32,000 nucleotides of DNA from Propionibacterium freudenreichii subsp. freudenreichii (lineage in GTDB: Bacteria; Actinomycetota; Actinomycetes; Propionibacteriales; Propionibacteriaceae): NCBI RefSeq assembly GCF_000940845.1, contig NZ_CP010341.1, positions 1,650,001 through 1,682,000 of the forward strand, written 5' to 3'. Every line of letters begins with the position of its first letter. Position 1 is the first letter of the stretch. Positions 15,576 through 25,201 of the stretch are shown piece by piece. Under the pieces are notes generated by a model that worked only from the letters and a program-made list of their open reading frames with translations, made no database searches and was not told where the DNA came from. Both the position numbers and the translations under genes were made by a program.

Positions 15576-17014
15576 CGGTTCTCCCGGGAATGGCGCTTGC
15601 GGAGCAGCCGTAGCAGCATCGGACCCACCAATGTCACATCACCGGCACCCAGCGTGAGGACGAAGTCACCGCCGCGCACCAGCGCAGCCAGTTCGACCGG
15701 AAGCTCGGCCTTGTTCGGCACGTAGTAGGTGTCGGCGCCCGCTTCGACGGCGGCGTCGGCCACCAGCTTGCCGCTCACTCCGGGCACCGGTTCCTCGCGG
15801 GCGCCATAGATGTCGGTGACTACCACCAGGTCGGCCAGGGCCAGGGCCCGGCCGAACTCGGTGGCGAATTCCCGGGTGCGGCTGTACAGGTGCGGCTGGA
15901 AGCAGGCCACCAGACGGTGGTCGCCAGCCACCCGGCGTCCTGCGTTCAGGGCCGCGCGGATCTCGGTCGGATGATGGGCATAGTCGTCGAAGACGTGCAC
16001 CTGCCCGTCGGGCAGGGTGGCCGAGCCCAGGGGCTGGAAGCGGCGCAGGGTGCCAGCAAATGCCTGCGCACCCCGCAGCAGGTCGTCTGCGGCCAGCCCC
16101 AGGAGTCGTCCGGTCACGAAGGCGGCTGCCGCATTCCACAGGTTGTGGCGCCCCGGCACCGACAGGCGCAAGGCGTACTCATGGCCCTGGAAATGCAGGG
16201 TGGCCGAGGAGTGCATGCCGGAGAACTCGATGTCGGACAGACGTGCGTCGGCGTCGTCGGCCTCCCCGTAGGTGGTGACCGTAGGCCCCGACGCAAGGCG
16301 CCGCAGTTTCCCGGTGAGCTCCCGGGCCCCGGCATCGTCCGCATCGATCACGACGTCGCGGACGGTGGGTCCGGTCGCGAAGCGCTCGAACCCGCGCGCA
16401 TAGTGCTCGGCGCTGCCCCAGTTATCGAGATGATCGGCCTCCACATTGGTGATCACCGCGATCCGGGTGGGGTACTGCAGGAATGAGCCGTCGGATTCGT
16501 CGGCCTCGACGATGAAGGGCGTGCCCTTCCCGATCCTGGCGCTCTCCCCCGTCGACGCCAGCGGGGAACCGACCACATAGCTGGGGTCGGCGCCGGCGGT
16601 GGTGGCCATCGTGGCGATCATGGCCGTGGTGGTGGTCTTGCCATGGGTGCCGGCCACCGAGACCGCCTCGTGGTCGAGCATCAGCGCGGCCAGGGCGGCG
16701 CTGCGGTGCCAGACGCGAAGGCCCCGTTCGCGGGCCGCGACGAGCTCGACGTTGTCGGGGTGGATCGCGCTGGAGATCACCACGGTGTCGACGTCCTTGA
16801 GCTGGGCGGGATCGTGCCCCACCCAGATGGTGATGCCATCGTCGTGCAGTTGCTCGAGGGTCTTGGAGTCAACCTGGTCGCAGCCACTGACCGGCACGCC
16901 CAGCTCGTGGTAGGCCAATGCCAGCCCGCTCATGCCCGAGCCGCCCATGGCGATGAAGTGCACCGCCCCGAGCTCGGAGGGACGCACCAGCCGGATCGGT
17001 TCGCGCAAACTCAT
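15572..17014 (-). CDS. murC: UDP-N-acetylmuramate--L-alanine ligase, 480 aa
   Basis: ATG overlaps the murG stop (ATGA), with AGGAGG upstream. HFIAMGGSGMSGLA and VAGTHGKTTTTAMI (P-loop). Confidence 0.95.
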   Translation of the reverse strand: MSLREPIRLVRPSELGAVHFIAMGGSGMSGLALAYHELGVPVSGCDQVDSKTLEQLHDDGITIWVGHDPAQLKDVDTVVISSAIHPDNVELVAARERGLRVWHRSAALAALMLDHEAVSVAGTHGKTTTTAMIATMATTAGADPSYVVGSPLASTGESARIGKGTPFIVEADESDGSFLQYPTRIAVITNVEADHLDNWGSAEHYARGFERFATGPTVRDVVIDADDAGARELTGKLRRLASGPTVTTYGEADDADARLSDIEFSGMHSSATLHFQGHEYALRLSVPGRHNLWNAAAAFVTGRLLGLAADDLLRGAQAFAGTLRRFQPLGSATLPDGQVHVFDDYAHHPTEIRAALNAGRRVAGDHRLVACFQPHLYSRTREFATEFGRALALADLVVVTDIYGAREEPVPGVSGKLVADAAVEAGADTYYVPNKAELPVELAALVRGGDFVLTLGAGDVTLVGPMLLRLLRKRHSRENR

Positions 17015-18111
17015 CGTGAGGCCTCCTGCAACACCACGTTCGCCACTCGCTGGGCGGCGCCCGCAGGCATGACGCGCTGCGCGGCCTCCCCCATGGTGGA
17101 CAGGCGGTCCGCGTCGTTGATGAGCGGTACCACCTCCCTGATCAGGCGCTGCGGGCCCAGCTCGTCGTCAGGCACGATGATCCCGGCGTCGGCCCCCACC
17201 AGGGGGGCGGCATTGCGGGCCTGCTCACCATTGCCGATCGGCAGGGGCACCATGATTGCCGGCAGGCCCACCACGGCCGTCTCGACGACGGTGCCGGCAC
17301 CGCTGCGGGCCAGCATGAGATCGGCGGCTGCATAGGCCGAGGCCATGTCGTCGACATAGGCCACCGGGTGGTAGCCGGCTCCGGTCTGCTGATCGGTCAC
17401 CGGCTTGTCGTCATGGAAGTTCTTCAGGCCCAGCACGTGCAGCACCTGGACGCCGGCGGCCAGGAGTTGGTCACGGGCCGCCACGGTTGCGCGGTTGATG
17501 GATCGGGCCCCCGAGGAGCCGCCGCTGACCAACAGCACCGGCAGGTCACGGCGCAGCCCGAAGCTGTCCCGGGCCGGGCCCCGCCGCGCGGAGCGACCCT
17601 GCTCGGCCAGCTCGGCGATGGCATCGCGCACCGGCAAGCCGACGCGCTGGGCATGGGGCAACCGGGTGTCGGGGAAGGTGGTGAGCACGGCCGCCGCGAA
17701 GCGTGCGGCGATGCGATTGGCCAGTCCGGGCAGGGCATTCTGCTCGTGTACCACCACCGGCACGTGCATCCGGCGCGCCGCCAGGTAGACCGGCATCGAC
17801 ACATAGCCCCCGAAGCCGATCACGACATCGGCGTGGGCTGTGCGCAGGATGCGCGAGGCCGCGCGGACAGCACCCACCAGCCTCGTGGGCACCTTGAACA
17901 GGTCGGCATTCACATGACGGGGCAGGGGAACCGGCGGAATGAGTTCCAGCCTCAGTCCGGCCTCGGGGATGACGCGGGTTTCCAGGCCCTTGGCGGTGCC
18001 GACGCAGACCAGGGAGCCACCCGGGTCGGCCATGGCCAATTGCTCCGCCGTGGCGATCAACGGCGAGGTGTGCCCCGCCGTTCCGCCGCCGGCCAACACG
18101 ACGTTGACCAT
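17011..18111 (-). CDS. murG: Undecaprenyl-PP-MurNAc-pentapeptide UDP-GlcNAc transferase, 366 aa
   Basis: ORF 17011..18354 trimmed to the ATG at 18111 (MVNVVLAGGGTAGHTSP), which overlaps the ftsW stop (TGATG). The upstream 81 codons lie inside ftsW in another frame. Confidence 0.93.
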   Translation of the reverse strand: MVNVVLAGGGTAGHTSPLIATAEQLAMADPGGSLVCVGTAKGLETRVIPEAGLRLELIPPVPLPRHVNADLFKVPTRLVGAVRAASRILRTAHADVVIGFGGYVSMPVYLAARRMHVPVVVHEQNALPGLANRIAARFAAAVLTTFPDTRLPHAQRVGLPVRDAIAELAEQGRSARRGPARDSFGLRRDLPVLLVSGGSSGARSINRATVAARDQLLAAGVQVLHVLGLKNFHDDKPVTDQQTGAGYHPVAYVDDMASAYAAADLMLARSGAGTVVETAVVGLPAIMVPLPIGNGEQARNAAPLVGADAGIIVPDDELGPQRLIREVVPLINDADRLSTMGEAAQRVMPAGAAQRVANVVLQEASR

Positions 18112-19376
18112 CACCGCCCCTTCCTGTCGACCACCGATGTCACCCGTACCGGCTCTGCAGCCGGCGGGCGTTGGGTATTCAGCGCGACCTTCGCATCCGG
18201 CTCGTTCCTGGCGGCGGCGAGCAGGACGCCCACACCCATGAGGTTCGCCAGCAGGGATGAGCCGCCGTAGCTGATGAACGGCAGGGGCACGCCCATCACC
18301 GGCAGGAGCTTCATGGCCACCGCGATGTTCGCACAGGCCTGCACCAGGAACCATGCGGTGATGCCGGCTGCGGCAAGGCGCCAGAAGGTGCCCTTGCTGC
18401 GCAGTGCAATGCGCACCCCCGCGATGCCGAAGACCAGGAACAGCACGATGAGCGTCAGGGTGCCGATGAGCCCCATCTCCTCACCGAGCACGGCAAAGAC
18501 ATAGTCGTTGAGCACCCCGTCGTACAGGCCGCCCCACTTCATGCGGGAGCGTCCCAGCCCCACGCCCCACCAGCCACCGGTGGCCAGGGCGTAGATCGAG
18601 TGGAGGGGCTGCTCCGAGGATGCGCCGGAGCCCGACAGGAAGGCCTTGACCCGGGCCATCCGGTTCGCGCTCGTGACGACCATGCCCAGTGCACCCAGGC
18701 CGGCCACGCCGATGATGCCGGCGAGGGTCCATCCCGGTGCGCCGACGAACCACAGCATCGCGATCATGATGGCAACGATGATCACGGCGGTGCCCAGGTC
18801 ACCCCCGGCCAGGACCATGCCGAGCACGACGCCGAAGCCCACCAGGTAGGGCACGAAGAGTCGCTTCGGCTCGCGGATGGTGGTGCCCCGGGTGGCGAGG
18901 ATCGCGGCGGCCCACACGATGAGCCCGAGCTTTGCGAACTCGGCCGGCTGCATGCTCAACGGACCGAGGTAGAGCCAGTTGCGATTGCCCTTGGAGCTGA
19001 TGCCCGAGGGAGGCGTTCCGAGTGGTGTGAGGAGCACCAGGAGCTGGGCAGCCATGGATCCGATGAGCACCACCCAGCCGAACAACTTGAAGAAGTCCTC
19101 ACTGCGCCGCGCCAGCCAACCGCAGGCGAGGACCCCGGCGATCAGGAAGGCGACCTGGCGGGTGAAGAAGTAGTAGGAATCATTCATGTTCGCCGCGGCA
19201 TAGGCCGACGACGAACTCAGCACCATGATCACACCCAGCGCGAGCAGCAGGCCCGAGCAGGTGAGCAACAGGTAGTAGTCGGCCAGCGGGTGCGCGAAGG
19301 CACGCGACAGGGACGATGCCCCGCCCCCGGACGTGTCCGGGTCCCGCGTTGCGCGATCATCGGTCGCGGTCGACAT
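18111..19376 (-). CDS. ftsW: SEDS-family peptidoglycan glycosyltransferase FtsW, 421 aa
   Basis: ATG at 19376 is preceded by GGGGGAGGG (the ORF track start at 19379 is the adjacent TTG). About 10 TM helices. Typical SEDS segments QPAEFAKL and PFISYGGSS. Confidence 0.92.
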   Translation of the reverse strand: MSTATDDRATRDPDTSGGGASSLSRAFAHPLADYYLLLTCSGLLLALGVIMVLSSSSAYAAANMNDSYYFFTRQVAFLIAGVLACGWLARRSEDFFKLFGWVVLIGSMAAQLLVLLTPLGTPPSGISSKGNRNWLYLGPLSMQPAEFAKLGLIVWAAAILATRGTTIREPKRLFVPYLVGFGVVLGMVLAGGDLGTAVIIVAIMIAMLWFVGAPGWTLAGIIGVAGLGALGMVVTSANRMARVKAFLSGSGASSEQPLHSIYALATGGWWGVGLGRSRMKWGGLYDGVLNDYVFAVLGEEMGLIGTLTLIVLFLVFGIAGVRIALRSKGTFWRLAAAGITAWFLVQACANIAVAMKLLPVMGVPLPFISYGGSSLLANLMGVGVLLAAARNEPDAKVALNTQRPPAAEPVRVTSVVDRKGR

Positions 19377-19388
19377 CAACCCTCCCCC

Positions 19389-19462
19389 TGCCTGTGCCCC
19401 ATGTACCTGTTGCCAGTGCCTGTGTCCACGTGCCTGTGTCCATCCGTCCTGCGTCCATGCGT
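19389..19462. repeat. Five degenerate tandem 13-15-nt units (core CCTGYGTCCAY) in the murD-ftsW spacer
   Basis: Cores start at 19391, 19406, 19419, 19433 and 19448: cctgtgcccca, cctgttgccag, cctgtgtccac, cctgtgtccat, cctgcgtccat. The two central 13-mers gtgcctgtgtcca (19416-19428, 19430-19442) are identical. Confidence 0.7.
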
Positions 19463-19568
19463 CCCCGGCGTCGGGACGTCATGGGCTGCGCCCCGGGCGC
19501 TGGTGCGCCACTCCCGGGTGCCACGCCGTCGGCACTGCGCGCAGATCAGGGCGTCTGGCCCGGACGGA

Positions 19569-21056
19569 CTAGGCGTCACCCGATGCCAGCAGACTCTTCA
19601 CGGCCCTGGCGAAGTCGTCACCGCGCGCCGCGTAACCGGTCCACATGTCCTTGCTCGCCGCTCCCGGCGCGAGCAGGACGGTATCGCCGGGACGTGCCAT
19701 GCGGGACGCCTCCTGCACCGCCTGATCCATCACCCCAGTCTGCTTCCCGTCCAGCACGACCACCGGCACCCGCGGGGCGTGTCGCCGCAAAGCATCGGCA
19801 ATGACCTGCCGATCGACGCCCAACAGCACCACCCCGCGCAGGCGCTTGGCATGGCGGGTGAGCAGTTCGTCGAAGCTGGTGCCCTTGGTCTGTCCACCGG
19901 CGATCCACACGATGTGCTCGTAGGCGCGCATCGAGGAATTCGCCGCATTGGGGTTGGTGGCCTTCGAATCATCCACCCAGGTGATGCCATCGGACTGGGC
20001 GACCGTCTCAATGCGGTGTCCACCCAGGTGCAGGTCACGAAGGCCCTGTGCGACGGCCCGCGGGGGAACCCCGAAGCTGCGGGTCAGGGCCGCTGCGGCC
20101 AGCGCATTCTCCACGTTGTGGGGCGCGAAGGGATGCACATCGGACAGCGCTGCGACCGGCATGGCCGAGGTCTGTCGTTCCTGTACGAAGGCCCGGTCGA
20201 CGAGCATGTCGTCCACCACGCCCACCTCGGCGACCTTGGGAATGCCCAGGGTGAAGCCGATGGCGCGGGCGCCCTCGATCACCTCCGCCTCCTCGACCAT
20301 CGTCCGGGTCGCGGGTTCGGCGACGTTGTAGACGCATGCCGTGCGCACATTGTGGAAGATCTTCGCCTTGTCGGCCCCGTAGGCCACCATGGCCGCGTCG
20401 GTGTCACCGGCATAGGAGTACCACTCCAGGTGGTCGGCATGCAGGTTCAATGCGGCCGCCGAGTACAGGCTCAGGGAATCCGACCAGTGCAGCTGGAAGC
20501 TCGACAGCTCCACCGCCAGCACGTCGTACCCCGCCGGGTCGTTGATGGCCTCGATGATGGGCCGTCCGATGTTGCCCACGGCGGCCGACTTGTGGCCGGC
20601 GGCTCGCAGGATCGAGTCCACCATCTGGGTGGTCGTCGTCTTGCCATTCGTGCCGGTGATTCCGATCCAGGGAATCACGCGGTCGGGATGCATGAGGCGC
20701 CACGCCAGTTCGGGTTCGCCCCAGATGGCCAGGTCCCGCGAGGCCGCGGCCGCCAGGAGCGATTCGTCGGGACGCCAGCCCGGTGAGGTGACCACCACAT
20801 CGGCGTCGGACGGCAGGTGCTGGCTGGAACCCGGCCCGAGCCGCAGCGTGGCACCGAGGGTCTCGAGGATCCTGGCATGGTCGTGCATGGCCTCGGCATC
20901 CACGTCGTCGATCACCGTGACGCGTGCGCCCAACTCGAGCAATGCGTCGGCAGCGGCGAAACCCGACGTGCCCAGGCCGGCGACCACCACATGTGCCTGC
21001 GGCCAGGGCGACGTCCGATCGGCCCCAGCGATCCATTCCTTGACCGAAGTCACCAT
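19569..21056 (-). CDS. murD: UDP-N-acetylmuramoyl-L-alanine--D-glutamate ligase, 495 aa
   Basis: ORF 19569..21152 trimmed to the ATG at 21056 (MVTSVKEW...[14 protein letters not shown]). It overlaps the mraY stop (ATGGTGA); the GTG at 21053 is an alternative. P-loop [12 protein letters not shown]. Confidence 0.93.
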   Translation of the reverse strand: MVTSVKEWIAGADRTSPWPQAHVVVAGLGTSGFAAADALLELGARVTVIDDVDAEAMHDHARILETLGATLRLGPGSSQHLPSDADVVVTSPGWRPDESLLAAAASRDLAIWGEPELAWRLMHPDRVIPWIGITGTNGKTTTTQMVDSILRAAGHKSAAVGNIGRPIIEAINDPAGYDVLAVELSSFQLHWSDSLSLYSAAALNLHADHLEWYSYAGDTDAAMVAYGADKAKIFHNVRTACVYNVAEPATRTMVEEAEVIEGARAIGFTLGIPKVAEVGVVDDMLVDRAFVQERQTSAMPVAALSDVHPFAPHNVENALAAAALTRSFGVPPRAVAQGLRDLHLGGHRIETVAQSDGITWVDDSKATNPNAANSSMRAYEHIVWIAGGQTKGTSFDELLTRHAKRLRGVVLLGVDRQVIADALRRHAPRVPVVVLDGKQTGVMDQAVQEASRMARPGDTVLLAPGAASKDMWTGYAARGDDFARAVKSLLASGDA

Positions 21057-22126
21057 CCCCACACCCAACCGCCATAGAACAGACCGAGTGCCGTGGCGAC
21101 GGACACCCCGCAAATGATCCAGAAACGCACCACGACGGTCGGCTCGTCCCACCCGACGAGCTCGAAGTGATGGTGCAGCGGTGCCATCTTGAACACGCGC
21201 TTGCCATGCGACAGCTTGAAATAGCCCACCTGGATCATCACCGAGAGCGTCTCGATGACGAACAGCAGGCCGAGCACGATCAGCAACAGTTCGGTGCGCG
21301 TGAAGATCGCCAACCCGGCCATTGCCGCACCCAGGGCGAGCGAACCCGTGTCACCCAGGAAGATCTTGGCGGGTTTCGCATTCCACCACAGGAAGCCGAA
21401 ACAGGCCGCCGCCAGCGCAATCGCCACCACCGCCAGGTCGGAGGGATCGCGCACGTCGTAGCAACGCGGCAGGTGGCTGCCGGTCAGGCACCACTGGTTC
21501 GACTCGAAGATCGCGATCAGCGCGAAGGCACCGAAGACCATGGTGGAGGCCCCGGTGGCAAGCCCGTCGAGGCCATCGGTGAGGTTGACCGCATTGGACG
21601 CGGAGGTGATTAGGAAGGTCATCCACAGGATGGCCAGCACCACGGGCAGCCGGAGCCAGTCGATGTCATGCAGGAAGGAGACGTACTGGCTGGCCGGGTG
21701 CGAACGGACATCGCCCGCGGCGGCGGGGAAGATCAGGGACAGCACCCCGAAGGTAACGCCGATGGAGAGCTGGCCGATCAACTTGCCGCGGGGCTTCAGC
21801 CCCAGGGACCGTTGCTTGGAGATCTTCCTCCAGTCGTCCAGGAAGCCCAGGAAACCGGTGGCGACGAGCACCCCGAGTACGAGCACCCCCGACACGGTGA
21901 TGCGGGTATTGGTGATCAGGTGCGACAGGAAATAGGCGAGCACGGCCGCAGCGATGACCACCAGGCCCCCCATCGTGGGGGTGCCACGCTTCTTGCGGTG
22001 ACTGGTGGGTCCGTCGTCGCGGATGAATTGCCCATAGCCGCGGTGCACCAGGAAGACAATGAAGAACTTGGTGCCGATCAGCGTTATCAGTAACGCCAGA
22101 ACTCCCGCTCCGAGGATCGTGATCAT
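21050..22126 (-). CDS. mraY: Phospho-N-acetylmuramoyl-pentapeptide transferase, 358 aa
   Basis: ATG overlaps the murF stop (ATGA). [33 protein letters not shown] and MAPLHHHFE. Confidence 0.96.
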   Translation of the reverse strand: MITILGAGVLALLITLIGTKFFIVFLVHRGYGQFIRDDGPTSHRKKRGTPTMGGLVVIAAAVLAYFLSHLITNTRITVSGVLVLGVLVATGFLGFLDDWRKISKQRSLGLKPRGKLIGQLSIGVTFGVLSLIFPAAAGDVRSHPASQYVSFLHDIDWLRLPVVLAILWMTFLITSASNAVNLTDGLDGLATGASTMVFGAFALIAIFESNQWCLTGSHLPRCYDVRDPSDLAVVAIALAAACFGFLWWNAKPAKIFLGDTGSLALGAAMAGLAIFTRTELLLIVLGLLFVIETLSVMIQVGYFKLSHGKRVFKMAPLHHHFELVGWDEPTVVVRFWIICGVSVATALGLFYGGWVWGW

Positions 22127-23607
22127 CGCGGGAGTTCCTCCTTACCGGCCGCGTGATGGGTTGTAGCGGCATCAAGCGAAAGCAGCTGCGCAGTGATGTC
22201 CTCAAGGGCCATCGAGCGGCTGGCTTTCACCAGCACAATATCGCCCGGGACGAGCTCGAGGCTGTCAGCCACCTCCTCCTTGCGTGCCGCACGCGCCTGT
22301 GCGCCGCCCTCACGGGCCGCTTGCGCCATCGTCCCGGCATGGTCGCCCAGGGCAATGACGATGTCGATCCCCAGATCGGCGGCCAGCCGGGCCACCCGGG
22401 CGTGCAACCGCGCGGACTGGGTGCCCAGCTCGCCCATCTCCCCCAAGATCGCGATGGTGCGGGCCCGGGGATATTCGTCGTGCCGCGCCGCGCCCATGGC
22501 AGCCACCGCATGCAGTGCCGCAGCCATGGAATCCGGGTTGGCGTTGTAGGAATCATTGATCAGGGCGATGCCGCCGCGCAGCTCATGGAGTTCCATGCGC
22601 AGCGGAGAGCGGGTGGTCGCCGTGCTGAGTGATGCGGCCACGGCGGCGGGATCGAGCCCGGCCGCCAGCGCCATCGTGGCCGCAGCCGTAGCGTTGAGCA
22701 CCTGATGGGCACCGATCAGGCGCAGCCGCACCGGGTGCGTACTGGTCGCGCCGCCGCGGGTGACCCGCAGCTGGAAGGAGCCCCGCTGCAGGGCATCGGT
22801 GGTGATGTGGTCGGCGCTGACGAACAGTTCGGCGTCGGAGGCCCGTGCGGCACCGGTTGTGGTCCAACGGGCGATATGGGCATTGGTGCGTGGTGCCATC
22901 GCGGCGACCCGTGGGTCGTCAGCGTTCAGCACGGCCCAGCCATCGGCGGGAAGGGCCTCGACGATCTCGCCCTTCGCCTCGGCGATGGCGTCCTGACTGC
23001 CGAATTCGCCCAGATGGGCGGTCCCGACATTGAGCACGGTGGAGATCCTGGGCGGCACGATGCGGCACAACGTGGCGACATCGCCCTTGCCCCGCGAACC
23101 CATCTCGCTGACCAGGTAGCGCGTGGTGGCGTCCACCCCGCACGCCGACAGCGGCACGCCGATCTCGTTGTTGTGGTTGCCGGCCGGGCTGACCGTGGGG
23201 CCGGTGGCCTCCAGCACCTGGGCCAGGAGGTCCTTGGTGGACGTCTTGCCGCTGGACCCGGTGATCGCGAAGGTGATCAGTCCACGCGCCAGTTCGGTGG
23301 CCACCACGCCGGTGGCCAGGGCGGACAGTCCTCTGCCGGCATCCTCGACGATCAGGCGGGGAAGCCCGGCCGTGACGTCGTGGCCGACCAGCGCCGCAGC
23401 TGCTCCGGCACCGGCGGCCTGCGGGGCCAGGTCGGCGCCGTCGACATGCTCGCCGGGCAGGCCGACGAACAGCGCACCGGGCGTCACCTGATGCGTGTCA
23501 ATAACCACCTGGGGTCCCACCGGCACGGCGGCACTGCCCTGCAATCGACAGGGCGTGCCATGGGCCGAGACCAGCTCGGCCAGATCGCCGGTAGTAGTGA
23601 CACGCAC
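22123..23607 (-). CDS. murF: UDP-MurNAc-tripeptide--D-alanyl-D-alanine ligase, 494 aa
   Basis: ORF 22123..23808 trimmed to the GTG at 23607, 1 nt after the murE stop and preceded by AGGGGA. P-loop AITGSSGKTSTKD. The start is the least certain part. Confidence 0.88.
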   Translation of the reverse strand: MRVTTTGDLAELVSAHGTPCRLQGSAAVPVGPQVVIDTHQVTPGALFVGLPGEHVDGADLAPQAAGAGAAAALVGHDVTAGLPRLIVEDAGRGLSALATGVVATELARGLITFAITGSSGKTSTKDLLAQVLEATGPTVSPAGNHNNEIGVPLSACGVDATTRYLVSEMGSRGKGDVATLCRIVPPRISTVLNVGTAHLGEFGSQDAIAEAKGEIVEALPADGWAVLNADDPRVAAMAPRTNAHIARWTTTGAARASDAELFVSADHITTDALQRGSFQLRVTRGGATSTHPVRLRLIGAHQVLNATAAATMALAAGLDPAAVAASLSTATTRSPLRMELHELRGGIALINDSYNANPDSMAAALHAVAAMGAARHDEYPRARTIAILGEMGELGTQSARLHARVARLAADLGIDIVIALGDHAGTMAQAAREGGAQARAARKEEVADSLELVPGDIVLVKASRSMALEDITAQLLSLDAATTHHAAGKEELPR

Positions 23608-23608
23608 G

Positions 23609-25201
23609 TCAGATTCCCCTTGTCCTTGGTTTTTCGTGGTCTGCGGGCGCAGCATCCGGATGGTCGGACGTCCAGGCCTGCTGCACGACGGTGACGTCAT
23701 TGAAGGGGTGCAGCACCCCGTTGATCTCCTGGGTGGTCTCATGGCCCTTGCCGAGGATCGCGACGGCGTCGCCGGCGTGTGCCATCCCCAGCGCCAGGCC
23801 GATGGCATGCCTGCGGTCGAGTCCGTCGATCACCTCGGTGTCGGGCACCTGCCGGGCCCCGGCCAGCACCTCGGCCCGGATCGTGGCAGGGTCCTCGGTG
23901 CGCGGGTTGTCATCGGTGACCACCACCACGTCGGCGTGGCGGGCGGCGGCCACGCCCATCGGTCCGCGCTTGGCCTCGTCGCGATCGCCACCGGCCCCCA
24001 GGACGACGAGCGTGCGTCCGGGAAGGGCCGACAGCGCAGACTCGACGGCCTGCGGGGTGTGGGCGAAATCCACATAGACCCTGGGGCTGTCCGGCCCCAG
24101 GTCAACGCGCTGCATGCGTCCTGGAACCAGCGCCTTCTCCAGGCCGGGCACAGCCCGGTCCAGGTTGACGCCAGCCTGGGCGAGCACGGCAATCGTGGTG
24201 GCGGCGTTCGCGACGTTGTACTGGCCGGGCAGGGCGATATCGAAGGCCATCGCCTCACCGGGCGTAGCGAGTTCGATGTGTTCCCCGCCCTCGATGGTCG
24301 GCGTCGAGTCGAGCACCCGGTAGTCGCGCTCCGGATCAAATCCCGTGGTCACCACGTGCGGGGCACCGGCCGCGTCGGCACGCTCCACCAGGATCCTGCC
24401 CCACGGGTCGTCGCCGTTGATGACTGCGCGGCTTGTCATGGTGGGGCGGAACAGCTTGGCCTTGGCCTCGAAATAGGCCTCCTGGGTCTTGTGGAAGTCG
24501 AGGTGGTCGCGTCCCAGGTTGGTGAAGGCGGCCACGTCGAAGTGCACGCCCTCGACACGGTCCAGGGCCAGCGCGTGCGAGCTGACCTCCATCACGATGG
24601 CATCGGCGCCACCCTCGCGCATCACGGCGAACAGGGCCTGCAGGTCGCAGGACTCGGGCGTCGTGATGGTGCTGCGTGAGCTGGGCAGTGGCTCGCCCTC
24701 GAGCCGGAAACCGATCGTGCCGATGGTGCCGACGCGGTGGCCGGCGGCGATCAATGCCCCTTCGATCAGGAAGGCACAGGTGGTCTTGCCATTGGTGCCG
24801 GTGATCCCGATCATCAACAGGTCGCGGGTGGGGTCGCCGAACACGCGGGCGGCCATGTGTGCCATCGCCACCCTGGGCTGCTCGGCCACCACGATCGGCA
24901 GTCCGGCGTCGGCGGCCAGTTCCGCGCCCTCGGCGTCGGTCAGCAGGGCCACTGCCCCGAGCGCTGCCGCCTGCGCGGCGAAGTTGGCGCCATGCGTGCG
25001 GGTGCCCGGCAGGCCGACATACAGGCTGCCCGGCAGCACGGAGCGTGAATCGAGGTAGACGTCGACGATCTGCAGGTGATCGGCGCCGGCCGGAAGGCGG
25101 ACCGACAATCCGTCCGCAGCGCCGGCCAGTGAAATGGGTTGCACATGTGCCGGCCGTGCTGCGCGCGGGCGGTTCGTGGGGTTCTGATTTGTCGTCATCA
25201 C
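23609..25201 (-). CDS. murE: UDP-MurNAc-L-Ala-D-Glu--2,6-diaminopimelate ligase, about 529-530 aa
   Basis: GTGATGA context: GTG 25201 or ATG 25198, overlapping the ftsI stop. [10 protein letters not shown]. The DNPR motif (VVVVTDDNPRTEDP) indicates DAP-type specificity. Confidence 0.93.
   Translation of the reverse strand: MMTTNQNPTNRPRAARPAHVQPISLAGAADGLSVRLPAGADHLQIVDVYLDSRSVLPGSLYVGLPGTRTHGANFAAQAAALGAVALLTDAEGAELAADAGLPIVVAEQPRVAMAHMAARVFGDPTRDLLMIGITGTNGKTTCAFLIEGALIAAGHRVGTIGTIGFRLEGEPLPSSRSTITTPESCDLQALFAVMREGGADAIVMEVSSHALALDRVEGVHFDVAAFTNLGRDHLDFHKTQEAYFEAKAKLFRPTMTSRAVINGDDPWGRILVERADAAGAPHVVTTGFDPERDYRVLDSTPTIEGGEHIELATPGEAMAFDIALPGQYNVANAATTIAVLAQAGVNLDRAVPGLEKALVPGRMQRVDLGPDSPRVYVDFAHTPQAVESALSALPGRTLVVLGAGGDRDEAKRGPMGVAAARHADVVVVTDDNPRTEDPATIRAEVLAGARQVPDTEVIDGLDRRHAIGLALGMAHAGDAVAILGKGHETTQEINGVLHPFNDVTVVQQAWTSDHPDAAPADHEKPRTRGI

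Noticed and set aside
19389-19462. Short tandem repeats (here and at 6501-6548) considered as a CRISPR-like array.
   Set aside because: The units are 13-16 nt, contiguous with no spacers, and degenerate. There are no cas genes, so this is not CRISPR.
18600-20786. 728-aa plus-strand ORF antisense to ftsW, the spacer and murD.
   Set aside because: Antisense artefact. The same applies to 22705..23694, 23495..24679, 27794..29092, 15890..16486 and the other listed plus-strand ORFs inside dcw genes.
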